A stretch of DNA of 64,000 nt from Pelagomonas calceolata (lineage: Eukaryota). Below, in pieces: positions 1 to 10,754 of the stretch. The stretch lies in the NCBI GenBank assembly GCA_918797485.1, contig CAKKNE010000002.1, positions 4,774,001-4,838,000 of the forward strand. Direction: 5' to 3'. The translations under genes and the position numbers were made by a program. Position 1 is the first letter of the stretch; the number at the start of each line of letters is the position of its first letter. The notes below the pieces were generated by a model, which was not told the DNA's origin, did no database searches, and was given only the letters and a program-made list of their open reading frames with translations.

Positions 1-1
1 G

Positions 2-203
2 CATAAAACAGAGCCGAGCGCTGAGGCCATTGGTGTAACCAGCCATTTATATGTGGAGCAGTACGAGCAGCACTTGCTAAATCAGGTGAGACCCCCGCCG
101 CGAGTAATCTGCGTATCTCTGCGACGTCGCCGCGCCTGGCGGCAGCTAGGAATGGGTGACCTATGCTTGTTGTCCCTTCCAACTGCAGATCCGCCATGTT
201 TGA
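2..203 (+). CDS. 3' end of a gene cut by the window edge (exon 2-85, intron 86-188, last exon 189-203)
   Basis: Open frame 2-85 (HKTEPS...LLNQ), donor CAG|GTGAG, pyrimidine tract and CTGCAG acceptor, then IRHV-stop. No homology recognised. Confidence 0.35.
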
Positions 204-473
204 CAACAGGGGCCGATAAATGCGGTAGTTATACTTACAGGATAGGCGCGGAGGCTTGCTAGTGTCTTACCGACGCTAGCTACGGCTTTTGCGGGCGCGG
301 CTTGTTTTTGGGCACCAGGGCTATAGACTGATTATAGCGCTGTAAGGAAAGTCATCAACGTCTCACAGCGCCGCTGCAAAACAACTCGTACTGCCCTCGG
401 AGCCTCTGAGAAGCCACCAAGCTGCCACTGGCTGTGCATAGCAAGAGCTGTGTCGCCACATTGATCGATAGCG

Positions 474-1772
474 ATGTCCGCACAACTCGCGGAGGACTCG
501 TCAGACGGCGACGACGCGACTCTCGTCGGTCTGCGGGCAATAGGCGAAGATGAACCACTCGTCGACCCAAACGCGGACACCTTCGAGCTCGACCTCGGCG
601 CGGGCCGACGAGTGGTCATACCGATGGACCGCGCAGCCCAGCGCCGCGGCGTCGCCGGCGCGTCGGGCACGGAGGCCGCGTCGGAGACCGGCGCGGTCGT
701 CTGGGACGGCGCGGTACTGCTAGCGCGTCGCCCGGCACGGCGCCCAAACGAAAAGCGCAACGTACTGGAGCTGGGCGCGGGCTGCGGGCTGACAGGTATA
801 GCCTGGGCCGTGACCCTGGGGGCCAACGGCTGCAATTTGACCTTGACCGATAGACCGCACCGGCTCCAGGCGCTGCGAGAAAACGCTCGGCGCAACGGCG
901 TCCAGGCAACGGTTGCGGCTCTAGACTGGACGCGGGCCCTGGAAGACGCGGCACAACTCGAGTTGTTTGGCTCTTCAGATGTCGTCCTCGCGGCGGACTG
1001 CGTGTACGACGAGGCGCTCGCCACGCCCCTCGTGCGCACGATCTCCTACGCGATGCACGACGAGTCGATCGCCTTCGTCGCGGTCGACGAGGCGAATCGG
1101 CGGCCCGCGGCCCTCAGGGCCTTCCTGCGCGTCGCCGAGCGCGCGTTTAGCTATTTCAGGGAGGAATCATATGGAATGGAACCGCGGAGCCGATGGAGCC
1201 ACGGCCACGACCGTGAGTCCATCCGGCTCTTCGTATTTCGCGGCCCGCGGCTCTTCGACCCGCGACGGCCTCTTCGCGTAATAATAGCAGGCCCCTGCGG
1301 CTGCGGCAAGACCACGGTCGGCAGGGAGCTGGCCGCGGTCCTCGGCCTCCCGTTCATCGAGGGCGACGACCTGCACCCCGAGGCCAACCGGGCGAAGATG
1401 GCGCGCGGCGAGCCGCTCGACGACGCCGACCGCGCGCCCTGGCTCGAACGCATCCGGGCCGCGGTCGGCGCCAGCCAGGAGGGCGCCGTCGCGAGCTGCT
1501 CGGCGCTCAAGCAGATTTATCGAGACGCGCTCGGCCCGGTGCGCATCGCTCTGCTGGACGTGCCCGAGGCCGTCGCGCGGGAACGGGTCGAAAAGCGGTC
1601 GGGCCACTACATGCCCGCGTCGCTCGTCGCGTCGCAGTACGCGGCGCTCGAGCTGCCCGCGGTAGAGTGCCGGGCCTTGGTCTTCGACGGGACGCTCGCG
1701 CCGGCCGCGCTCGTCGACGAGATCGTCGGGACGATCGCCAAGGACGAGCTCTGGCGTCGGTCCTGCCGCTGA
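474..1772 (+). CDS. METTL21/Methyltransf_16-like protein methyltransferase fused to a gluconokinase (GntK/IdnK) domain
   Basis: N-half: ETGAVVWDGAVLLAR, VLELGAGCGLTGI, DVVLAADCVY. C-half: P-loop GPCGCGKTT, EGDDLHPEANRAKM, LDDADRAPWL, CSALK, HYMPASLVASQY. Confidence 0.85.
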   Translation: MSAQLAEDSSDGDDATLVGLRAIGEDEPLVDPNADTFELDLGAGRRVVIPMDRAAQRRGVAGASGTEAASETGAVVWDGAVLLARRPARRPNEKRNVLELGAGCGLTGIAWAVTLGANGCNLTLTDRPHRLQALRENARRNGVQATVAALDWTRALEDAAQLELFGSSDVVLAADCVYDEALATPLVRTISYAMHDESIAFVAVDEANRRPAALRAFLRVAERAFSYFREESYGMEPRSRWSHGHDRESIRLFVFRGPRLFDPRRPLRVIIAGPCGCGKTTVGRELAAVLGLPFIEGDDLHPEANRAKMARGEPLDDADRAPWLERIRAAVGASQEGAVASCSALKQIYRDALGPVRIALLDVPEAVARERVEKRSGHYMPASLVASQYAALELPAVECRALVFDGTLAPAALVDEIVGTIAKDELWRRSCR

Positions 1773-1997
1773 CTAAGCTTTTTGTGGTGTGTGTTTATTG
1801 CATCTCTGTCAGCAAAACCCGTCACAGCACTGTTTCTTTGTTTATACGACCTTGCCGGACGCACCGGTCGTCGTTATACACTTGATCACGCGCGAATAGC
1901 TCGTTCTCCAACGTGCGTGTCCGCCACTCTGCATTCTTCAGCGATCTCAGGCAAGTAAGATCCTGATTAAAGAGATAAAGAGACTGCCCTGAAAGAC

Positions 1998-2378
1998 ATG
2001 ACGCCGTACGGGGCGCTCGACAAGGAAGCCGGCGGCGATTCACAACCACCGCATAAGTCGTATAGCCGGTTGGGGCTCGGTCTGCTGGCGTTTGTGCTGG
2101 TCGCCGGCGCCGCCGCCGTCGGCCTGGATTTGTATTGCCCTGCTGGCTACATATGCCCATTCAACAACAGCGACTATGTTTCCACATCTTCCGGCAAGTC
2201 CGTCGCGTCCAGCTTGTCGTCCACCGAGTGCCCTCCAGGCACCGATCCGCAATTTCAGTGTGAAACCGCATACGGCTATTGCAGAGCTCATTGTAGCAGC
2301 GGTATTGCGGTGCCCGAGTTGCAGGAAAGATGCAGGAATACATGCAGTATCGCGCTCGGCAGATGCTGTGACAACTGA
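1998..2378 (+). CDS. Small Cys-rich protein with one N-proximal hydrophobic segment
   Basis: ATG ORF of 126 aa; hydrophobic LGLGLLAFVLVAGAAAVG; CPAGYICP and a C-terminal Cys cluster ending CCDN. Confidence 0.5.
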   Translation: MTPYGALDKEAGGDSQPPHKSYSRLGLGLLAFVLVAGAAAVGLDLYCPAGYICPFNNSDYVSTSSGKSVASSLSSTECPPGTDPQFQCETAYGYCRAHCSSGIAVPELQERCRNTCSIALGRCCDN

Positions 2379-2467
2379 ATGGCATATACCTATTCCCGTC
2401 GCCGCCCCACCCACTAATCACCTTCATTATGTCGTTAGTCAGTGGAGTTAGCAGGGAGGGGGAAGCG

Positions 2468-4366
2468 TTACCGCCGCGACCGCGCCAGCGCCGCCAGCCC
2501 GCGCTCCGCCAAACACAGGTAGACGAGGAAGAAGATGATCAATGCTAAAGCGCACATGCCCACGGACGGCGCGCGCCTGACATCATAATGGTCCAGGACA
2601 TCCGTATTGGGGGACCCCATCTCCGCGCTGTCGTAGGAGAAGTTGTCTCTGAGTAGAGCCATCCAGGCGTAGTAGAGATGATTGCATCGGGTGTACCAGC
2701 GCCAGCCCAGGGGTATGTCCGACGTGAGTAGGACATATCCTGAGGATAACAAATTGCATGTGATGTAGGTCGGCAGGAGAGCATTCGCCGCGTCCGCATC
2801 CGGCGCGTAGGCGGCGACCATCTGGGCGATGGCCAGGCCCACGATCACCGTCAGATAGAACAGTCCAAAACTAATCAGGAAATTCCCCTGCAGCCCCACC
2901 GAGAAGAAGACCGCCGCAAAATAGATCAAGGCAAAGGGCAATATGATGATACACTCCTCTATTGTTTTGGCTATCAAAAATGTCACGGGCAGGTACGCAC
3001 CATCGGCAGTTTCTCGGAGGAAAATAGGTCTCTCGGAAACTAATTGCGGCATGTAGCAGGCCGCCCCGTACCCCGTGAGCACAGCAGCGAACCATAAAAC
3101 ACCAGCGGAATTCATCGCCGCCTCCATCTGTCTTTTTTTACGACCCTCGCCCCAAAATAGGGACATCATGACCAGGCCATAGAGTAGCTTGTCTCCTAAT
3201 CTAGTCATGATGTACTCCACGTCGCCGAAGGAACGCAATGATCTATATCTTAGTAACGTTACGATACCGTGCGGTACACTTGTAGCTACGGCTAGTTTCC
3301 TTCGAGGGTCGTCCTTGGTCCACGCGAGACTCCCAGGACAAGCTTCTCTGAGTCGTTGGGCCGCAGCGTCGGGGTCCTCCGTCTCGGCCTTCGAGGCTAA
3401 GTATTGTACTCGTTTCAGCGTAGCTGCATATACAGGGTGCTTGCTCCACCTCTCGGCTACATCAATGTCCTTCGTCTTGGCGTCGCGCATGGCATACAGC
3501 AAATGTTCGGCCAACGAGTCGCCGTCCACATACTGTGAACCGAGGGATTGGGACACATACGTCGCCAGGGGGCCGTGGGAACCTTCGCCCGGCGGAGCCG
3601 CCCACGCGACTTTTCCTCCGTCCAAAGCTACGACGTCGTCGATCAACAACCGGAACGCTCGGGACGACGGCGCGTGGATCGTACATGCTACCACTCGACT
3701 CCCATCTCTCGCAAGTTTTTTCACGGCCGCGAGCACGTCGTCCGCCGTGGCCGCATCTAAACCAGTTGTGGGCTCATCTAAGAGTAGTACGGGGGGCTTC
3801 GAGACGAGAGCTAACGCTATACTCGTACGTTTTCGTTCACCCCCGGAAATAACTGACACTTGCGAGGACGCGATGTGTGTTAAACCCATCTCGTTGAGCA
3901 ACTCGTCCACCCGTTGTATCTTGGTAGAATGACTCAAGTACTGGGAACACTTCAATTCCGCCGTGTACTCGAGCATCTCTCGCACACTGAGAACATCTAT
4001 CAATGAATCATGCTGCTCGCAGTAGCCCGTGTATCGCTTCCGGACCACATCGGTAGGCTTCGCTCGCGCGATCACGACATCTCCCGAAACTTGGATGGAG
4101 GTGGTCGTTCGACCAGCTAGGACATTGAGTAGTGTCGTCTTCCCAGCTCCCGAAGGCCCCATGATCGCGGCCACGCGACCAGCCCCGAACGCCCCCGAGA
4201 CATTATCAAGCAACTTCTTGTCGTCGCACGACGCGCAGATGGCGTGGAAGACTACACTCACCTCATTGTCGTCCGCCGCGACGGCTATCGCCGCGTGGTC
4301 GACCTCCTCCTTCAGCACCGCGCTCAGCGGGATCTGGCTGCCCGTCTCGACGCGCTTGATGGGCAT
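2468..4366 (-). CDS. ABCG (White-family) half transporter, NBD-TMD order
   Basis: Walker A GPSGAGKT, signature ISGGERKR, Walker B LLLDEPTTGLD, C-terminal TM helices, ERPIFLRE motif. Confidence 0.93.
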   Translation of the reverse strand: MPIKRVETGSQIPLSAVLKEEVDHAAIAVAADDNEVSVVFHAICASCDDKKLLDNVSGAFGAGRVAAIMGPSGAGKTTLLNVLAGRTTTSIQVSGDVVIARAKPTDVVRKRYTGYCEQHDSLIDVLSVREMLEYTAELKCSQYLSHSTKIQRVDELLNEMGLTHIASSQVSVISGGERKRTSIALALVSKPPVLLLDEPTTGLDAATADDVLAAVKKLARDGSRVVACTIHAPSSRAFRLLIDDVVALDGGKVAWAAPPGEGSHGPLATYVSQSLGSQYVDGDSLAEHLLYAMRDAKTKDIDVAERWSKHPVYAATLKRVQYLASKAETEDPDAAAQRLREACPGSLAWTKDDPRRKLAVATSVPHGIVTLLRYRSLRSFGDVEYIMTRLGDKLLYGLVMMSLFWGEGRKKRQMEAAMNSAGVLWFAAVLTGYGAACYMPQLVSERPIFLRETADGAYLPVTFLIAKTIEECIIILPFALIYFAAVFFSVGLQGNFLISFGLFYLTVIVGLAIAQMVAAYAPDADAANALLPTYITCNLLSSGYVLLTSDIPLGWRWYTRCNHLYYAWMALLRDNFSYDSAEMGSPNTDVLDHYDVRRAPSVGMCALALIIFFLVYLCLAERGLAALARSRR

Positions 4367-4989
4367 CTTTTCTGCTGGTGCTGGTCGTTAGCGCTGTTGC
4401 GCTTTCGGCTGATGGGTCGTTGCTTTGTTGGATGGCCTCGGCGCCGTTGCACGGGCGCCCTGCTGTTGAACTGGCTGCCTGCTCTGCTCTCGGTGCTAGT
4501 CTCAGAGGCGGATATGGGGCTGCCTGCTCGGCCGACGATCGGTGCGGGCGTGCGTGCGTGTTTGCGTGCGTGCGTTGGGTAGCCTGGTCGCCTCGCTCAA
4601 TGGTGGGAACAGGATAAAGCCACTCTGCCAGAGCATGAAGAGCATTTTCGTCCAGCTTCACAGGTACTCGTGTTTCGGCCCGCCGCGGCGTCGTGGCGGG
4701 CCAGAGACTTCCTCGGACGCGTACGTCGGTATTCGTGCTAGTGTCTTTACAGGCCGCTAGCTACGAGTTTTGGATCAAACTTTGCGCCGCGCGCCTCGCT
4801 AGGCGCCACAACCACGCTCCGCAGCGCCTGCAAGCACCGCGACAGCGCACTTGTCCCAGACTTTTGAAGCCGTGCGCCGCCGCGCCCCAAAAAAAGCATT
4901 CCAAAGACCAGCAGCTTTAAGCACAGCGCAAGACGCCAAGACGCCGCGCGGCACAGATAGCTTCTTAAGCCAGCGAATAAACAGCAAAG

Positions 4990-5745
4990 ATGCCCATCGC
5001 CACGCTGTTTGACGACAAGAAGGAAGACGACGACGAGCAGGACGACCGGAACGAGCTCTACACCGGCGGGAATCGGCGGGGCGGCGGCGGGTCCGGTCTC
5101 GCCGTGATTGGCGGCGACGACGACCCCGATGCCGATGCCGTAACGCGCATGTTCCGCCAGGCCCAGCGCAACGCGGCTGGTAATGGAGAGGGCCCCGAGG
5201 AAGGCGCCGATCAAGTGAAAGTTACTGTTTACTCGAACGGCTTTGTGGTCGGCGACGGCCCGTTTCGGCCCTCTGATGGCTCTGAGGAGAACGAGGCGTT
5301 TTTGCGCGATGTTGGGAGAGGTATCGTGCCGCGAGAGTTGGAAGATAGAGCTGGCGCCGGCGCCGTGAATTTGGAACTCGTCGACAAGCGCGGCGAGAGT
5401 TACGAGGCACCGGCTTATACTGCCTTCTCAGGAGGCGGCCAGACGCTAGCCTCCACAAACACGTCGGGTATCTTTTCGGAAGCTTCATGCGAAAAACCAG
5501 CTCTTGATGACGGGAAGCCGAAAACGACGCTACAAGTGCGCTTGTCAAACGGGAAGAGAGCTAGAGTCACCCTGAACCTCGACCACACGGTGGCGCAGCT
5601 CGACGCGTTGATCCGGGCGGACCACGGCGCCGAAGGCAGCTACCAATTGTTAGCAGGCTTCCCGCCCGCGCCGCTCGCGGACCCCGCGGCCTCCGTCGAG
5701 GCGGCCGGGCTGAAGGGCGCCTCCGTGACGCAGAAGGCGGCCTAG
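4990..5745 (+). CDS. p47/Shp1/NSFL1C-like p97 cofactor (SEP and UBX domains)
   Basis: ELYTGG, SEP (YSNGFVVGDGPFR...GIVPREL), SHP box FSGGGQTL, UBX (TTLQVRLSNG, GFPP). Confidence 0.9.
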   Translation: MPIATLFDDKKEDDDEQDDRNELYTGGNRRGGGGSGLAVIGGDDDPDADAVTRMFRQAQRNAAGNGEGPEEGADQVKVTVYSNGFVVGDGPFRPSDGSEENEAFLRDVGRGIVPRELEDRAGAGAVNLELVDKRGESYEAPAYTAFSGGGQTLASTNTSGIFSEASCEKPALDDGKPKTTLQVRLSNGKRARVTLNLDHTVAQLDALIRADHGAEGSYQLLAGFPPAPLADPAASVEAAGLKGASVTQKAA

Positions 5746-5937
5746 TTGTGTTCCTCCCACTTTAAAACTTCCTCTCGGTAGTCGTTTGCCATCGGCGCGT
5801 GGCCTCGTGGGATCTCTAGGTGTCGTCACAGTCGCGTCAGTTGTCGCGTCGATGGCGTCGAGAGGCGGGCCCTGGCAGACGACGGCGCGAATTTCGGGTA
5901 GCCCGAGCACGCCATCGCCGCGTATCACAATAATGAT

Positions 5938-6900
5938 TTACCCGAGCCCCTCGTAGCACGTTTTGCCAGAAGCGTTCACGATGCGGTTGTCCGCGCCCTT
6001 CGTGATGAGGTACTCGCCGAGCTGCTCGAACCCGAACGCAAAACAAAAATGGAGGCACGTGTTGCCCCGCAGGTTCGCCGCGTTCACGTCCGCGCCGCGC
6101 CGCAGCGCCGCCTTGACGACGCGCTTGTGGCCGTTCTGCGCGCCTATTATTGCGATCGTATTGCCATGAACGTCTCGACTATCCGCCGGCACGCCCCGTA
6201 CCAACAACCGTTCAATATCCGGCACGCGGTTGTGCCTCGCGAACGAGAAGACGTCGGCCACGTCGGCATCGGAATGAGTCGGTGCTGGTGCTTGTTGCTG
6301 CACGGGGGGCCGCGCGCTCGCGAAGCGGTCCGCCGCTCTTGTAAATTCGTCTTGCACATATAGCGACGACGCCGGCCCGGGCGGCGCGGGCCTCCAGTCT
6401 TCGACGTCGGCGCCGGGCGGCGCGTAGGTTGGTGGAGGCGCTCGCGGCGCGCCGCCGAGCGCCAGCGGCGGCACGCGTGGCGCGGCGCCGTGCGGCGGCC
6501 CTCGCGGCGGCGGCCCGCGCGGCGCGGCGCCGTGCGGCGGGGGCCCTCGCGGCGGTCGCGGCGCGGCGCTGGGCGGGCTCTGGCGCGGCGAGTACCAGTT
6601 GCTCGATCCGTCGCTATTGTTACTCCGCGCGGTGTCGTACCAGACGTTCGATGCGTCGCTGCCGGCGCTCCGGGCCGTGTCCTGCCAGGCGGCCGGCGGC
6701 GACGGCGAGCCGGTGGTCGAGGCCGCCGACTCGCGCGGCGTGTACCAGCGGTCGTCGTCGAGGCGAGCCAGTGTTGCTGATCTGGTTTGTGGCTGCCCCT
6801 CTTTTAGGGCTCTATCCGCAGTAGCGGTCGAAGCGATGCCTGTTATGGGTGCCTTTGGAGAGCTGGCGGCATGGGAGCTGCGCCTAGCGACGAATGGCAC
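5938..6900 (-). CDS. Ankyrin-repeat protein with Pro-rich, WYxxxR-repeat N-terminus (start codon uncertain)
   Basis: C-terminal ankyrin repeats (DVHGNTIAIIGAQNGH, NLRGNTCLHFCFAFG); repeats WYTPR/WQDTAR/WYDTAR/WYSPR. Confidence 0.75.
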   Translation of the reverse strand: MPFVARRSSHAASSPKAPITGIASTATADRALKEGQPQTRSATLARLDDDRWYTPRESAASTTGSPSPPAAWQDTARSAGSDASNVWYDTARSNNSDGSSNWYSPRQSPPSAAPRPPRGPPPHGAAPRGPPPRGPPHGAAPRVPPLALGGAPRAPPPTYAPPGADVEDWRPAPPGPASSLYVQDEFTRAADRFASARPPVQQQAPAPTHSDADVADVFSFARHNRVPDIERLLVRGVPADSRDVHGNTIAIIGAQNGHKRVVKAALRRGADVNAANLRGNTCLHFCFAFGFEQLGEYLITKGADNRIVNASGKTCYEGLG

Positions 6901-7192
6901 AAATGAGTGCTCTCGGAGCCTGTTATGCGGCAGAGTGCCAGTGTAACTTCGCAGGCTCGCAGCTATCGTGCGGGTCGGACGCTTGACTGGCGGGCGCTAT
7001 GTTTCCGTGGCGCCCGGACAATGGATTGTGGACAGAGTTCAAGCGCTAGCGTCTGCAAGCCACTAGCCAGCCTTTCCAGCCTCCATCTTTGTCAAGTCCT
7101 TCTTGCTCGCGCAGGACAGGGGGTGCACGTCGACGCAGTTTCGTGGCTGATAAGTGATTGAACAGCTTCGCTGGTCCATTTTTGCAATCGTA

Positions 7193-7632
7193 ATGGCGGA
7201 CGACGACGAAGTAGTGTGCCCTCTCCCGGCTTTGAGGAAGGTCAGGCGCCGCGTCCGGACAGGGGGGGACGGCGCGCACGCATGAAAACGCTGCGCGTCT
7301 CGGCCAGAGATGGGTGGACCGCGAAACCGACCATTTCCGCAGTTCGCTGCACGCCTCGCGCCTGACCGCAAAAGAGCCGATCACACACGCCCATCCGCAG
7401 GCCTGCGAGCCGCGCTGCGCGGACGTCTTCAAGCACTACTTGGCCTGCGCTGATCGCATCGAGCAGAAGGGCGCGGGTGCGGGCGCCGCGTCCTTAAACA
7501 CAAAACCGCCATCGTACGCCATCGCCGCGACCGCACCACAACCCCGCAGGCGACTGCGAGCCCTACTACTTCGACTGGCTCAAGTGCATAGACAAGTGCG
7601 CGATGCCGCACATCATGCAGAAGCTCAAGTAG
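7193..7632 (+). CDS. QCR6: Cytochrome bc1 complex hinge subunit; exons 7193-7240, 7401-7476, 7550-7632
   Basis: Spliced at two GT-AG introns it reads MADDDEVVCPLPALRK-ACEPRCADVFKHYLACADRIEQKGAG-DCEPYYFDWLKCIDKCAMPHIMQKLK*, the typical UQCRH Cys pattern. Confidence 0.88.
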
Positions 7633-7648
7633 AATTCTTTAAATATTA

Positions 7649-9085
7649 TTAGCATATCGCGCACGTACTGTTTGAAGATTTCTTCGCCTTCCCGAAGACC
7701 AGCGGTGGGAGGTCGTCCCGCCTTCGAGATCGCCTCTTGACCGGAGATGACGGCGGCGGCGCGGCGATGCCGCGCGTGAAGGCAAGACCGGCATTTCCAG
7801 GTTTCAACACCTTCACCCACAGAAATAAATGATGCCCTCGTTGCACCGACCACGACGTCGGGTACCGGTCCGCGAACGACCTATTAGCCTCCAGTTGCCG
7901 GAACGGAAAGGGCTGCCCCGGCAGGCGCCAGACCCGCCGCAGATCCAAGTACGTCAACAATCTACAACCCTCCTTGCACGCGTCGAGCAACCGCGAGAAC
8001 TCGCCGAACGTGTCGGCCGGCACCTCGGTCTCGAGCATGACGATGGACCTGCGCGGACATCGTCGGTTGACCTTCTTGCGCGTCGCGTCGATGGCGTCTG
8101 GTGGAGAGCCGGTCGCCGCGATGGCGTCTTCGCGGATTTACGGCGCGACCTCCACGCCCTCGACGCGACACACACCGGTTGATTTCCACGCCGCTCCGGA
8201 CGCGTCGCCGACGTCGCGCGTCCGCATCAGGTTGCCGTGCTCTATTATGAGAGTGCGGTCGACACTTGTGACCTCGATGGAGGAACCGGGCTCCCGCCTC
8301 GTTATATGGGCGTCGCAGTCGTCGCGCGCCGCCAGCGCTAGCAGTGCTCGCTCCGCGACGTGGAAGCGCGCGAGCGACAATTCCACACCATACACTCTTT
8401 TCAGGTTCGGGAACTGCAGAAACGCCTGCAATGCTACTTTTCCTGTACCACACCCTAAGTCATACACTGAAGAAGCCCGGGCCGCGTCCAGGTGTCGCGC
8501 ATCTAAAGCTTTATGGACGCCTCGCGGCAGCAACTCGCCGTACAACAACGAGCCCCGATCTTCGGTCGCCCGCCTTCGATCGTCGTCCGTCACACAAACA
8601 TGACCTAGCGTCTTGTGGCCCGTCTCCTGCGTCCGCCCGCCGTAGCAGTCGTGTAAAACACTTTGAGCCTTGGCAAACGCTAGGGAAAGGTCCTCAGCAA
8701 AGGTCCAGGGCTCGTCGCGCGCGTTTCGGAGTACCGGTAGGCCCTCCGGTTCCTTCGTTTCTTCGTCACAAGTACCTCTATCCACAATATAGAACGCGGT
8801 TCTCAACATCAGGAGCCACCGCCTCGCTCCCGAGTGGCGGAATTCGACGCAGTGCTTGCCTGATGATCTATGGTACTGGGCCACCAGGCCCTCGGACCAC
8901 TCGCGGTTTTCTAGGAGCACCGATACTCTGCACCCAACTAATCCAGCGTTGGACCAGGCCGTCTTGGCTCGCAGGTGTCTTCTTAGTCCTTCTAAGTCGG
9001 CCCACTCCGTGCCGTCCTCGTGGCAGACGAATTTGGTGCCCGTTCGCGGCGGGGGCTTGGTCTCGGGTTGATCTGAGCTGGTCAT
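7649..9085 (-). CDS. DOT1-like class I SAM methyltransferase with N-terminal Tudor-like domain; exons 9085-8202 and 8048-7649
   Basis: YGELLP, VYDLGCGTGKVALQAF, VYGVELS..R. Splicing 8201-8049 gives GDASIVMLET in frame. LVGCRVSV..W.EG.V..Y...GKHCVEF is Tudor-like. Confidence 0.75.
8049..8201 (-). mobile_element. Degenerate introner-derived intron (153 nt)
   Basis: On the minus strand GTCCGGAG followed by TIR-like CGGCGTGGAAATCAA, internal ACGCCATCGACGCGAC, ends GCGCAG|GTCCATCG (partial TSD GTCC). Confidence 0.7.
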
Positions 9086-9659
9086 GGTGTGATTCCGTCG
9101 CCCGGGACGCGGCGCGTCTGGCGCGCGGCCGGCGGGAGCTAGTTATTTAGAGCGCTGCTCGGCCCGGATGCCGGGGTAGGCAGTATTTGGGCCCTCACAG
9201 GGGCGCGGCGCGGGATCCGGGAGCTCTTTGGCAGCTCTTGCTCCCGAGCGCTGAGTTGGTTTCGGCCGATTCAGGCGCAACAGCTGCGGCCCTAAGATTC
9301 TAGACCGTACCTTATCGATGCTGAGAGGTGGTCGGGCGGCTCTTCGGCGCGCCGGGTGCCAGCGTGCCCCAGAGTCCCAGGTGCTTTTGCCGTCTCTTGT
9401 CCGGCCGCGCTGAGTCTGAGCCGGGCGCTTGATCGCTCTTGTCCCAGGGATTTCGCGGCCGAGGAGGCTTCCCTCATACGAGTAAAGTGCCAATTTGCTT
9501 CGCTTCTTGGCGCTAGTACGGCCGGCAGAGGCTGCTTGGCTGATGCTCTCGCAGCTTTTAGCGGTCGAAGGCTAGCGCAAAAAGCAACAAGAAGAACGTG
9601 CGCGGCAGCATTTTCAGCCATTATCACGCCTGCGACGCGATTTGGCACGGTCTGAGGTG

Positions 9660-10378
9660 ATGGCGAGCGTTTCTGAAACCCAGGCCATCTTATTGGTGCA
9701 CGGGCCGGATCGTAAAGGCATCGTCGCCGCGTTCTCGCAGACGCTCTTTGGCCATGGATGCGGCATCGTCTCCTCCGAGCAGCATACCGATGCGGAATCG
9801 AGCGTGTTCTATCAACGGATCGTGTTTGATGCGGCGGCATTACACACGGACCGCGTGAGCCTCGAGCGCGGCATCGACGAGGTGGCTAGTCGCTTAGGCA
9901 TGACGTGCGAGGTGCGCTGGCCCAAGCCGAAGCGAGTTGCCATCTTCGTAGCGCCCCCGCGCCCGACCGTCTCGATGGCGCACCACGAACGCCGCCGCAC
10001 GCAGGTCTCCAAGTACGCCCACTGCCTCTGGGAATTGCTCCTCAGGCACGACGCCGGCGAGCTGCCGGGCGTCGAGATTGTTCAGATCGTGTCGAATCAC
10101 GAAGATTTGCGGCACGTCGCGGAGCATTTTTCTGTGCCCTACGCCGTGTTCAAGGTGACGAAGGACACGAAAAGAGCGGTCGCGGCCAGTGCGGAAACCA
10201 GGTACTACGCCATCGATGCGACGTCGTCCCTGCGCGATGGCGTAAAATAGCTCTAGTCGCACAGGTGGAGGACCAGGAGCTCGCGCTCCTCAAAGAAAAG
10301 CAGGTCGACCTCGTCGTCCTCGCTAGATATATGCAGATCATCACCGACGAGTTCTGCGACGCCTTCCCGCACCGCGTG

Positions 10379-10411
<33 letters not shown>

Positions 10412-10754
10412 ATTGGCTCGAAGCCGTACCACCGGGCGCACGCGCGCGGCGTGAAATTAGTCGGTGCGACGGCGCACTACGCGACGGCGGACCTCGACGA
10501 GGGTCCGATCATCGAGCAGGACTGCGCGCGCATCTCGCACAAGAACTCCATCGACGACCTGCTGCGCAAGGGCCGCGTCCTCGCCCGGCGCCGAATCAGG
10601 ATCTTGTGGGGGTCGCGGCGACGGCGTGGTGGGGGCTAGACGTTACGATGCCGCGCAGGTGCTCGAGAAAAACGTCCTCGTGACGGCCGTCCGCGCGCAC
10701 GTCGAGGACCGGATCATCGTGTACGAGAGCAAGTGTGTGGTCTTCGGGGAGTGA
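9660..10754 (+). CDS. purU: Formyltetrahydrofolate deformylase; exons 9660-9947, 10005-10178, 10265-10576, 10659-10754
   Basis: ACT domain (GPDRKGIVA), [57 protein letters not shown]; three GT-AG introns restore the frame. Confidence 0.9.

Noticed and set aside
231..240. ATACTTAC resembling the U1 snRNA 5' end
   Set aside because: Continues AG rather than CTG, and no U1 stem-loops are recognisable.
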